Part shown: piece after piece, positions 24,170 through 36,667 of the stretch
Numbering within the stretch: position 1 is the first letter of the stretch
Layout: every line of letters starts with the position of its first letter
From: Octopus vulgaris
Taxonomy: Eukaryota
Length of the DNA: 64,000 nucleotides
NCBI GenBank assembly: GCA_951406725.2
Contig: OX597815.1
Location: 121,706,001 to 121,770,000 of the forward strand
Direction: 5' to 3'
Program-made: the position numbers and the translations under genes
Notes under the pieces: generated by a model
Told to the model about the DNA's origin: nothing
What the model saw: the letters and a program-made list of their open reading frames with translations, nothing else
The model's database searches: none

Positions 24170-25307
24170 ATTTGTGTTTTTGTGATCATGTGTATGCTGT
24201 AGTCTGCAATTTTGTCAATGACAAGAAGCTGAGACAAAGAGCCAACATGAAATATTGCATTAAACTTGGGAAATCTGCTACAGAGACATTGAGCATGCTT
24301 TGGTAAGCTTATGGCAACAAGGCAATGGGTCATACACAATGTTTTGAGTGGCATGGACTCTACAAAAGCAGGAGAACATCCCTGGAAGATGATGAATAAT
24401 CTGGAAGACCTGCCTTGAGTGACATCCCTGGAAATGTGGTGAAAATTCATCAGCTTGTGCATAAGGATCATTGGAGGACAATCAACAACATTGCTGATGT
24501 TGGTCTGTCTTATGGATCCATGCAAGCAATCTTAACGTCTGAATGTGGCGTGTCTCTGCCAAGTTTGTCCCCCACCTGCTGACCAATGAGCAGGAAGAAC
24601 ATCATGTCAATGTTTGTCAGCATGGCACTGATGACTCATTCTTCATATTGAGGATCATTACTGGTAATGAGAGTGAGGTCTACAGGTACGACTCTGAGAC
24701 AAAGCAACAGTGGAAGAGCCCTTCATCTCTATGACTGAAGAAGGCATGACTACCACAGCTCAATCAAGAGCATGCTGATTGTTTTTTATTTGTTGACATT
24801 CGCAGTATTGTACATCAAGAATTCATTCCTCAGGGCCAGGCCATCAATTGAGAGTTCTACTGTATTGTTTTGAAGTGTTTGAGGGATGACATTTGGCAAA
24901 AGTGCCATATCTGTAGGGCACAAAGAACTGGATTCTTCACACCAAAAATGCACTCTGTCACCAAACTCTCCTCACTTGTGAGTTTCTCACCAAAAGCAAC
25001 ATGCTATCACTCCCTATTCATGAGATTTAGCACCGGCAGACATCCATTTCTTTCCCAAGATGAAAATGCAGCTCAAAGGTCACTGTTTTAACACTGTTGT
25101 TGAGATCGAGAGTGAATCACAGAAGTTCCTTGACTTGCTTATGGAAAACAACTTCCGGGCTGGATTCTAAAAGTGACAGGAATGCTTGAACTGGTGTATT
25201 GCTGTGCAAGTTGACTATTTCGAAGGATGTGATGTTAAAACTTAGGTAAATAAGTTATTTTTTTATTAAACATAACTAGTCTGAGAACTTTTTGATACCA
25301 CCTCATA
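24170..25307 (+). mobile_element. Decayed mariner-family transposon
   Basis: Remnants QRANMKYCIKLGKSATETL, SLEDDE.SGRP, VSAKFVPHLLT, RIITGNESEVYRYDSETKQQ and DYFEG, with a TIR-like end ctttttgataccacctcaTA. Many stops; left TIR not found. Confidence 0.85.
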
Positions 25308-25475
25308 TCTTGGGAGTGTCTGATAAACACATTCACTGGTTCAATTTCATTCATATCCATTATACTGCATAAACATTAAATCTTGAAATTAGAAGACAGA
25401 TCTGAAACTGACATAGAGTACAAAGTGATCGCAAACGGCAACAAAAGGACTTTGACAAACACCACTGATTGATTG

Positions 25476-25637
25476 TGTTCCTTCTTCTAAGGTGACACTG
25501 CTTACTTGGGCCCTTTACTCCCTATGGAGCATAGGCTGTCAGTTACTTTTCTCCACTGTTTTCAACTCTTGGCTACCTTTACTGCTTCAATACACTTAGA
25601 TCCCAGTTTTTTCAGTTCTGCCTCAGAGACTTGTCTC
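25476..25637 (+). repeat. 162-bp direct duplicate of 26835-26996
   Basis: Ungapped alignment with ~14 substitutions (hand count). Confidence 0.92.
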
Positions 25638-26859
25638 ATTTAGTTAGTTGGCCGACTAATTGATGAATAATAATAAAGAAGTGAAATAGCACCAGCATGT
25701 GTGTTTATTGTTGGTATAATGGTCCTCCCAATATACAACAAAATCTGTTTCAACACACTAGTTCAAATAAAGAATCTTGCAAACCAAATACAAAAATAAA
25801 AATTATAGATGCTATTTGATGATGAAGATGATGATGATGATGAAGATGACTAGTAGGTATTTTACAAATTAAGACATTTGTACAACTATTCAGACAAGAT
25901 GTTTTTATCTTTTTCTGTCTAGTATCCTCTATCATACAAATGGCAATTATTTTAAAGACAGTAACAGAAAAATATCACTGATTTCATCAATAGACTTTGA
26001 AAAAAAATCTATGTATTTGGGGATTCATATATTCAAGATAGATAAAAAAAAAATATTTCATGCCAACATTAATGTCTGATGATGTCGTTAATTATGTTTT
26101 GATATGTTTATACCACAATCTGTGTATTATGTTTTTGTTATTATTGATGTTGTTGTCATGTTATGTATATTTGATTACTGACAACTTGTATGGTTTTGGT
26201 GCTCTTACTGTTTTGTTTTACATACACACGCACATATATATGTAAACATAGGTACATTTTTTGTATTAGATGTATTTAATATTTTTTGTATATCGACTTG
26301 CCTAACTTACTTGTCATTTACATACATATTCACACACACACACACTCACATATATACACACACGTGCATGTAATATGAGGGTATCTGGCTATATTTGTAA
26401 TATATGGTGTCGCTATATAGTCATGCCATTATTTTATATCTTCACAGTTGTCTTGTTACAATTATACCACAACTGCTATTTTTACACTGACATGTTTCAT
26501 ATTTGTGCCTTTTATACTCTCATACTTATGTCACTTCTGCTAACACATATTTATGTAAATTAGATAAATGTTGCTTATATTTGTGTCATTATTTGTTAAA
26601 TTGTTTATGTATGCCTCATTACCAGTTTTATGTTTCTTACTTCTAGGATTTTTATATCAATTCTGCTGTCTTCATACGTTTGTCACTGCTTATATTTCAT
26701 TTCATTTATATTATTGGCGTCATTGTCTATTGTTGTTAGTGTCTAAGTCCAGGTCAAATCTGACTAAATAAAACTTTTAACAAAGACATTCCATTCTTAT
26801 TGAAATATTATATCCAGGGCAACATCATCAAATATGTTCCTTCTTCTAAGGTGATACTA

Positions 26860-27170
26860 CTTACTTAGGCCCTTTGCTCCCTATGGAGTGTAGGCTGTCG
26901 GTTACTTTTCTCCACTGTTTTCAGCTTTTGGCTACCTTTTCTGCTTCTATACACTTGGATCCCAGTTTTTTCAGCTCTACCTCAGAGACTTGTCTCTAGT
27001 TATTTTTTGGGCATCCTTTCTTCTACCTCCCTTGTGGATTCTGTGTCAGGGTCTGATGTGTAACGCTGAATCCTGGTTTCCTTAAAGTGTGGCCTATCTA
27101 GCCCCTCTTGCACTTCAGGATCTGTTCATCCACTGGCCCCTACCCAACTATTCCTGCCACAGCTCTTAAT
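26860..27170 (-). mobile_element. RTE-clade LINE 3' fragment (second family)
   Basis: Minus strand IGHTLRKP...TLTQNPQGR.KKGCPKN...QWRKVTDSL, with stops. Confidence 0.7.
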
Positions 27171-30100
27171 TTCTCAATTGTCCAGCTATCTAAAATGGTA
27201 GGTGAAATTTAAGGCAGATTTTTTATTCTTATTTTGAACAGTTTGAGTGACCACATACATGTGTGGTTATGAGGGATCCTCTGTGCTATTTCTAAGCTTG
27301 CTAAGCTGATGTAGCCATTACTAAGTTGGTGCAGTGTATTTGTCATTTTTGTTACAGTAACTGTAGTAAGAAAACAATGTTTTTATGAAATTAATTCATT
27401 GGTCAATTGACAATATAAAGTATAGGAATTAATGAGGATCTCCTTTACAGTAGCACACCTCTTTCTTGTTAACTCCCATTCTCTCTATAAGTAACTCTTT
27501 TCTGCCCTCATTCTTGTTAACTCTCACTCTCTTTCTCTTCTCTCGAGCTGAGTAACCATGACCTTCTCTACAGCAAGGCATCTATTTCTGCCTCTCTGTC
27601 ACACTCTAAGCTCTCATCATCTGACACAAGATCACTTCTTCCAATGCCCCCTCCTCTCTCAAAAACTCTTTGTCTTGCAAAGTCACTTGGTGACCCCACC
27701 AGAGCAGGTGCCACTTAAAAAGCACCCAGTCTATACTGTAAAGTGGTTGGCATTTGGAAGGGCAGCTAGCTGTAAAAATCATGCAAAAACTGACCTCGCC
27801 TGTGTGAGTGCTACATAAAAAGCACTCAGCCCACTCTACAGTGTAGTTGGTGTTAGGAAGAGCATCCAGTCATAAAAACCTTGCCAAAACAGACACAGAA
27901 GTATGGTACAGCCTCTAATCTGGTCAGCTCCTGTTAAACTGTTCAACCCATGCCAGCATGGAAGGAGGATGTTAAATGATGATGATGATGAACATTCTAA
28001 GAGATATTGTTGTCATGTCTCTATTTCCTCAATAGCATGACACCTACTCTTGTCCTGCTATTATACTTTAACATTCCAATACCTTGCATATACTCAAATA
28101 CTCCTCTCAAATACTCTTCACACTTAGTGGTGGGGATTTTTCCTTTTTCTTGTTCTTTTCCTGTCCTGCCTCACCAGTGCCTGTGCCATGAAAATGCATT
28201 CAATGCACATTGTAAAGTCGTTGGTTTCAGGAAGGGTCTCCAGCCATTGAAAACATGCCAAAGCTGACATTGGAGCTTGATGCAGTTCCTCCATGGTCAA
28301 ACCATTCAACCCATTCTGGCATAGAAAAACCAATGTTAAATGGTGATGATAATCAGGGTAAGATGGGTAGTACCCGTGGTTGTTTATTTTATTCAATGCC
28401 TCTGAAACTGATGGAGGAAGAAATTGTCCTAAAACTGGAGGCCTGGTATAAAAGCATACAACAGTGTGAACTCTGCTGAAGGTACTCAAAGACCAAGTGG
28501 CCGTGTTAAACTAAGTGATAGATTATCTTTCACCCAAGAAATCAGAATGCAAAGAGCTTCAAGAAATGCTGCTATGTGTCTTGCCTGGTGTTTTTTAACA
28601 ATTCTACCAACGCATAGCTTTGGACTTATATATATATATTTCATTGACCCACTTTTCCTCCATGCCAAAGGATGAATGCCAAAGTTGACCTTGGTGGAAT
28701 TTGAGCTCGCAGTGCAGAGAGCCAGAACAATACTGCAAGGCATTTAATCCAATGTTCTAATAATTATGGCTGCATTTCTCACTGACTTAACTAAATTAAA
28801 GAATAAAGCAATATCCTTGAAAATTGTCTGGCAAAAATAATTATATGTAATAGTATATACCAGCACTGGATGATGCAGTAGGCTGTTGTATAAGATAAGA
28901 ACTTACTGTCAAATAATCCCAAAGTATGCATTGAGAATGCAAACAAATTGCAATATTAGCTGAGCTATGGAAAATTGATTTCATTTGATTAGTCACAAGG
29001 TTGTTATTGTTAGGTAGGAGACTATTTGATTGAATCAAACCTTGTATATTGTATTTATATTTATTGACTCCAAACTGTTGAAAGCAAACTCAGACCCAGC
29101 AACATTTGATTTCATTTTAACGGGAAAGAAGAAAGCTAAATATTATAAGACCACTAATCCAAATTCTAGTGTTTCTGCCAACATGTCAGCCTCAGTAACT
29201 GAAATATTAAACTGAAATGATGAAAATGCGTATCCAATAAGTGAATATCAGGTAACAGTATTATTAATCTGGTAAGAATCATTATAATAAATGTAAAGGG
29301 AAATGCATTGACAAAAATCAGTGGAATGTATACTAAACGTCTTAAAGTGTTAGCTTTATCTCGCTCTCTAAACTTTGCATTGTAAATAGTTGAGTAAAAT
29401 GATTCTGGTAAGCCAGAGCTCTGGCTGTTGGTAAATAAAATTCAGAATCTGTTTAAGAGTTGAACAAACATTTCTAATTTAGTTGCAAAGCCAGAAATTT
29501 GGGAGGAAGGCAATAGTCAGTTATATCAACCCCAGTACTTGATTAATTCCTGGTACTTTATTTTGTTGACCTCAGAAGGAAGAAAAGGTAAAGTTGACAT
29601 CAGCAAGATTTAAACTCGGAACATAAAGAGCCAGAACAAACAATTTGTTCAGTGTTCTTCCCTTCCTATCAATCCACTATCATTGCCCGATCCTTAATAA
29701 AAAATATACGAAAGTGGTTTTGGTGCTGATGCCGATCTATTAATTTTTTTTTTTTGCTTTTTCAAACTCTACTTTAGACAACAAATGAACATGAAATTCC
29801 TAAACTGATATTTAATTATTTTTCTCATGTTATTCACAACCAGTCATGTGTCTCCAAATCAGTATTTCTCTTTTTTTCCAATTCAATAATATTTCAACTT
29901 TAAAACTTCTATTAGTTTATCCATTGTTCACTATTTTATTTTTTTCTCCAACTATCCCCCCTGTTCTCTATCCATTGTACATTATATTATAATTATTATC
30001 ATTCTTTCTATTTTCCCTCTCTCTCTCTTCAAGGAAGAAATAGAAAAAGTGATAATATATCTCTATCATATTAGTGGTATGAATGTGTTTGTACAAAAAA

Positions 30101-31721
30101 CAAAGCCACTGAGTTAAACTCACATAAGATGGTTACATGCATAACTGAGCAACAAACCCCTTGAAAATAACTTCATAGCACACAAATACTACTTCAGGAA
30201 TTGGTTGGTACATCCACTCTTACAACCATACTTGACACCCATTAGTCCATATGTCATCTGCTTAATTCATGGTTTCTTTGGGTGGTTTAAATTTGCAGGG
30301 TGGGTATGCATACAAAACAAGAAGTTGCTAGTCTCTTGTTGAACCTTCCTCCTCCTCCTCCTCCTTCCTCTTTTTCCTCCCCTCACTCTCTCTCTTTCCT
30401 CCCTCTCCATCTCTTTCCACTCCTCCCTCTCTCTTTTTTTTTAATATGACACTGAATGGTTCTGCATGACCTGTCCTTAACTAACTGTAGCATAACCGAC
30501 TGTTATTGTGTTTGTGTGTGTGTGTATGTGTAAAGAGTCCATTCCAGTTCTTGACCAATACTTATTTATCAACCAATGAAAGGCATACTTGACCTCTGTA
30601 AGATTTGAATTGTAAATGCATGAACCTTGAACAATTACTGTAAAACATCTATCCAATGCTATCAACAACAGGTAAAAGCTACATTCACAATGTACACTAA
30701 CAATCATTACATCCTCTCTCCAAGTTTCATCCAGTATTTATATTACTACAATTTTTATACATGGCCAACTACATTTTCATCAGAATCTCTAGTTTCTAAA
30801 AGGAGTGGAAGATTTGTATAGGGAAAACACTATAAGAATATAAGAGTTAATGGAATATTAATTCAAAATTGCTGATTCCTTGAGATTATCTCCCCTTTGC
30901 ATTTGGAGTCTTTTGCAGCTGCAGCTAGTTGCTTATTTATTTTCTCTGGAAATGAAGATAGTTTTGATATATTAAAAAAATTATCTTGTATTTAGTTTAC
31001 CTTGTTTTACATTTGTCTAAATTCATGCCACTGGCCACTCTGAAGCACATATTCATTCAAATATTTAGTTGAGAACTTTACACAATTTGTATCCTTTGCT
31101 TGTTAGTCAATGTAACTTTTGCTCTAATATACAATAATTTTCAAGCTTTAGAAAAAGAGACATAATTATCCATAGCTGAATATTGGCTGCATTAATGATA
31201 TTTTTACTTCATTAAAAAATTTTAACCTCCTACTTTAATTGTACTTTAATTGTGGTCGTAGAATGTAACAAACATTGTGGTACTTGGATCCTTTCCATTC
31301 TAAATAGTAATGCTGTGTCATTTGGTACTGTTCTAATTCAAGTTATCAAAACTCATTGTCTAAAGTACCACTTATTATCAAGGCTTAAACAAAGTGTTAA
31401 TGGAATTTGAGGACTTTGAGTCTAGTTTCATTGCATGATATTTGTTCAAATGTGCAAAACCATCACAAATGCTCCATTGGTGGCATTTCAAAAAACAAAT
31501 TAATGAGTTCAATTCAGTAAGATAGAGTTCAGCTTAGGAATTAGTAACATGAAAAACATCCAGCAGTAAAAATGCTGTCCCAAGTATACTCATCGCTGAG
31601 TAACCCTTGATAGCATTGAAAAACATGTTAAACAAATGAACAAACTAAGCAGGCTTTGTAATTTCTTATGACTAGAGAGTTCTGGGCATAATGTATTACA
31701 GGTGTACATTAGAAATAGTTA

Positions 31722-32120
31722 GGCGCAGGAGTGGCTGTGTGGTAAGTAGCTTGTTTACCAACCACATGGTTCCGGGTTCAGTCCCACTGCGTGGCACCTT
31801 GGGCAAGTGTCTTCTACTATAGCCTCGGGCCGACCAAAGCCTTGTGAGTGGATTTCGTAGACGGAAACTGAAAGAAGCCCATCGTATATATGTATATATA
31901 TATATGCGTGTGTGTGTTTGTGTGTCTGTGTTTGTCCCCCTAGCATTGCTTGACAACCGATGCTGGTGTGTTTATGTCCCCGTTACTTAGCGGTTCGGCA
32001 AAAGAGACCAATAGAATAAGTACTGGGCTTACAAAAGAATAAGTCCCGGGGTCGAGTTGCTCGATTAAAGGCGGTGCTCCAGCATGGCCGCAGTCAAATG
32101 ACTGAAACAAGAGAGAGAGT
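31722..32120 (+). mobile_element. Full-length tRNA-derived SINE with internal microsatellite (least-diverged copy)
   Basis: A-box-like tggctgtgtggt and B-box-like ggttcagtccc, internal (TA)/(TG) tract, retained CpGs. More than 12 related copies in the window (e.g. ~385, 14230, 15015, 19790, 20541, 24012, 34868, 49310, 57465, 58500, 62480). Confidence 0.92.
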
Positions 32121-33023
32121 AAGGCTTGCTCCACTTTGCTGCTATCACTGTAGCATCTTGGTGCATGTTACAGGGACTCTCAGTGAATGAAGAGGGAAGT
32201 ATAACTAGCTCTCCTGATTCTAAGCTTGATTTTTCTCTAGCTGCAAGGTGATCCAGCAGCCGTTGTAATGTTTAGCTTGCAACTGAGATTGGTTGTTTCT
32301 TAGAAACTTTAAATGATACCCTTCAGTATTAACACTAAATATCGTTGAAAAACTTTCCCTGTCTTTTAGTGATACCAAATCTATCTCCATGTACAATAGG
32401 ATAACAGTAGAACTTGTGTATAGTCACCATACTGCATATTATTGTGCCACCCAAGCTCACTGTTGGAGAATAAAAGAAGCTAATACATTAGATCAAGAAT
32501 ACCAAATAAATATGTAATCTCAGTTGGGTGTGCATTTCTTGGAGGGATTTTGGTTTCTCTGTTTTCAGAAGGATGACTCAATTTTCACCAATAAACACTA
32601 TACCATTTGAATTACCTGACATCAGAGCCTTATGTGAAGTTTATAGGAATCTCTATTTTCATTTACTGTAACTTTGTGTGATGCAGATTTTCACAAAATT
32701 CAGCATATAGGTTGTGAAAAGGCATTTCTTGTATTGTATTGTATTCATTAAGTAAGCCTTCTGAATTCTGAAGTGCTTGTATATGTTGTAAATCTTTGTT
32801 ATAACATCAATAATGTAAGGTTGGCCATAGACTGGTGAATTATTTTTCAGGTAGAAAATAGATGTAGAATGCTATGTTTGTCCTTGAATTTTAAAGGAGT
32901 AAGGTCTCTTTCCTTATGTATAGCAATTTTTCACTTGATGAAACAAAAGAAAACTATAAAATTATTTGGATATTTTTCCTGAAATATTAACTCCATGAGT
33001 TCTGTTTGCTTGAGGCTGCCGAG

Positions 33024-33061
<38 letters not shown>

Positions 33062-33772
33062 TTTCATTATTTGTATCAAAAAGTAGTTTGAGTTCCTCAG
33101 GATAAAGTGGTGGAAGTGCTATTATGACAATAGTTTAGAGGCTTATTCCTGAATATCCTTTTGATAATCTCTTCAGTTCTTCATATCATTTAATCACTTA
33201 TTCTCTCTCCCCACTCTCTATCTCTCATTGCAGATATTCAACACACTGTTTACCAACCATGAGCTTTCTTTATATCTGTTACCACTCTCTTAAATACCAT
33301 AGATATCCTACACATTCAGGCTCAGTCTTGTTGGCTCTTCTTATCCATTAGTTTTTGCCTTTAGCTTTTATTTCCTGTTGTTGTCCTCTCATCCTTTGCT
33401 TCTATCATCTCATTATTTCTCTTGCTTCGGGTATTTGATTTTCTTCCATAGTAAAAATGATTTAAATGTAGAGTGCAAATAAAATTTGTTGTGCCATAAA
33501 ATTTTCAGAAATGTGAAAAGACAATGTAAAAAGGGAATAGAATTTGCAATGCTAAAAATTTACTTTTCCTAATGCTGAATTTGAGTAATTATTGAAAGAT
33601 GATTGAACCTTGCATTTGTTCACAAAAAATAATGATTTTTAACAACTATTTAAAAATATTTGATCTGTTTACCCTCTGTATAACAAAAAAGTAAAACTCA
33701 CTTTTCACCAAGGCAAATGCTTTCATTTACTTGCTAAGAAAAAACACTTTTCTCCATGGGTGTGTTGTTTAA

Positions 33773-33993
33773 CACTTTGGTTACCATATTTCCATTGAAA
33801 TACTTTGCCCTTGTTTCAGTCAATTTTTAAAATAATTGAGAATTTCATAAAATAATTTTGTCATTATTGAGGTGGTGTCTGGAACACAAATTAACACAAA
33901 ATTTTGATGGAAGTTTTAATTTAGATCACTTTGAAACAGAAAGTTTGCATCTTAGAATTAGAGGTGGTCTCAGGTGAGTTGGTACCAAAAGAG
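33773..33993. mobile_element. TTAA-type MITE, diverged
   Basis: Related termini to 35489-35704; internal sequence shared with ~48420-48620 and ~60417-60634. Confidence 0.65.
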
Positions 33994-34026
33994 TTATATG
34001 TGAAATTAAGAATAACATCTGTAGTC

Positions 34027-34415
34027 TTTCATTCTTTTACTTGTTTCAGTCATTTGACTGCAGCCATACTGGAGCACCACCTTTAGTCGAACAAATAAAC
34101 CTCAGCAGTTATTCTTTGTAAGCCTAGTACTTATTCTATCAGTCTCTTTTACTGAACCACTAAATTACAGGGATGTAAACACACCAACATCAGTTGTCAA
34201 GCAATGGTAGGGGACAAACACACACATATATATATATATATATACATACACACACAATGGGCTTCTTTCAGTTTCCATCTACCATATCCACTCGCAAGGC
34301 TTTGGTCAGCCCGAGGCTATAGTTGAAAACACTTGCCCAAGGTATCACACAGTGGGACTGAACCTAGAACTATGTGGTTGGAAAGCAAGCTTCTTACCAC
34401 ACAGCCACACCTGCA
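34027..34415 (-). mobile_element. tRNA-derived SINE, full length, antisense
   Basis: Reverse complement of the 31722-32120 family. Confidence 0.9.
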
Positions 34416-35488
34416 TCTGTTGTGCAAAATTTACAAAAGTGTCCAAAGATACTAAAAGACTAAGAAATTGGAATACCTACTTTTGATCGCTAATGTTCAC
34501 TGCTTTATTTCCAAGATCCCATAAAAGTATAAATATTTACTAAGTCAAAGGATAAGGTGTAAGATTTCTTTGCAAAAAAACAGTGTTTTCTTAGCAAATG
34601 AAATAATTGAAGAATCAGTTATTTCTTAGAAAATAATCTGTAAAGAAATTAATATAATATGCCAAAACTGACCTCAACTGTGCTCATGCCACATAAAAAA
34701 CACTCTGTCCAGTCTGCTGGGCAGTTAGTATTAGGAAGAGCATCAGCTGTAAAAACCATGCCAAAACAGACACAGAAGTCTGGTGCAGTCTTCTGTCTGG
34801 TCAGCTCCTGTCAAACCATCCAACCCATGCCAACATGGCAGGCAGATGTTAAACAATGACGATGACAGGCATGGCTTGTAGTTAAGAAACTCACTTTGCA
34901 ACTACATGGTTTCAGGTTCAGTTCCACTGTGTTGCTCCTTGTGAAAATGCTTTCCACTACAGATGGAGGTCAACCAGTGCCTTCTGAGTGAGTTTAGTAA
35001 AAACTGAATGAAAGTCTGTAGTGTGTCTTGCCCCACCCCACCCCCACCATCACTTCACAACCATTGTTACTTTGTTTACATCTCTCATAACTTAGCATTA
35101 GAAAAAGTACCAAACTTAAAAACAAGTACTCGGTTCAATTTTTTTTTTACTGAACTTTTCGAGGCAGTGTTCCAGCATAGCCACATGACTGAAACAAGTA
35201 GAAAATAAAAGATATTCAATAACAATAGTCAAGTAGCTACATGGTGGACAGTCAAGTGACAGCTACATAACATCAAGAGTTCAGTGTGATGAAAACATGG
35301 GCAAACGGGCAAAAAGAAAAAAATAATAAAGACATTAGTACTCAGAACATATAATTTAATTCTTATTTAATTGTGTTTGTGTGGCATTGTGACTTTCTTA
35401 ATGATGGATTTGAACAATTGTTGAAAGATATTGAATCTGTTTATTATATGTACTAAATAATAATGATAGATTTGTACAATTATTTTAA

Positions 35489-35704
35489 CCTTTTCAATAC
35501 CAACCCAGCTGAAATCATCTCTAACTCTGTTGTACAAATGTCTTGTTTTTATAAGTTTTGAACTGAAATCTTCCAACAAACCTTAGTCACAATTCATGTT
35601 CCTAACTTAATGATAACTAAGTTGTTTTACTAAATTCTTTGTTATGTTCAAAATTAATCGAAAGAAACACAGAGCATCTCAAAATAAATACGGTAACGAA
35701 AGGG
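35489..35704. mobile_element. TTAA-flanked MITE (piggyBac/Kolobok-like target site)
   Basis: TTAA-ccttttcaatacc ... ggtaacgaaaggg-TTAA. Confidence 0.7.
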
Positions 35705-36424
35705 TTAAAATATTGGAGATAGAGGAGCTGGCAAAGAGTAAGAGAGACTTAGACAGACACAGAGAGAGAGAATGAGGGAGAGAGTGACAAAATGAGAGAA
35801 AGAATGATTGAGAGGGAGAGTAACAAAATGAGGGAGTGAGAGGGGAGGGAAGATAGAGAGACAGATAGTGAAGACCCCATTTTATTGTGTCTGACATTTC
35901 TATGAATATTGTAGGTACAGTGTGTGTGTGTATTATGTGTGCATGTTTATGTTTCCTGATTCTTTTCATGTGAATGTTGTATTCATGGGGAAAGTGTGCT
36001 GGTCCATGCATTGTGTGAATGTGTATGCATGTGTGTATGCTGAATTCCTTCATTTGTTTATCTAAGATTTGTTTTCCATTGCTAGCAAGGGTTAAAATGG
36101 AGCATGCTTGAATGTACATGTGACAAGGTTTTTTTATGGTTGGATGCTCTTCCTGTCTCCAATGCTCACCTGTTCTTCAAGTAAAGGAATTTAATTCCCG
36201 AAGAATTGAAAATTGCAAAACCAACAGATGATTTGTTGACAGGAAATATCAACAATCACCACAAAGATGCATCCATGCCACAATTAGTGATGTTCCCACT
36301 TGAAGCCCAGCCAGAGACTCTCATGTCACAGTCTGTAGCATAACTTTTTTTGGAAGTTGAATACATTGACATAAGCCAATGCAAAAATGCACACACACAC
36401 ACACACACACATTCATATATATGC

Positions 36425-36640
36425 CTTCTGTCCGGCATTCACCATGATAGATCACTAGCCACTACACATTCTTTATTTTCTCTCCCTGTTTATTTCTGTG
36501 TTCCTTTCTGTAGAAGAGCGTAGGCTTAAAACGTTAAAGACTTTTTCACTTCCCAAGCATTAAACTAATACATCTGTTTGTTGTCTACACCACCCGCCTT
36601 CATCTTTTTTTTTTTTTTTGTGAATTCTCCCATATATACT
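36425..36640 (+). mobile_element. Penelope-like 3' terminal fragment with degenerate hammerhead-like motif
   Basis: Homologous to 6312-6620 (-). Confidence 0.55.
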
Positions 36641-36667
36641 ATATGAGGCTATAGTAGAAGATACTTG

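Noticed and set aside
28007-28743. Cluster of ORFs suggesting a nested gene
   Set aside because: They largely overlap LINE-tail and SINE remnants, with no recognisable domain or consistent splice structure.
32841-32856. ttttCAG|GTAGAA as a recursive splice site in the long intron (also 55990-56008)
   Set aside because: Weak donor and short pyrimidine tract; expected by chance in T-rich DNA.
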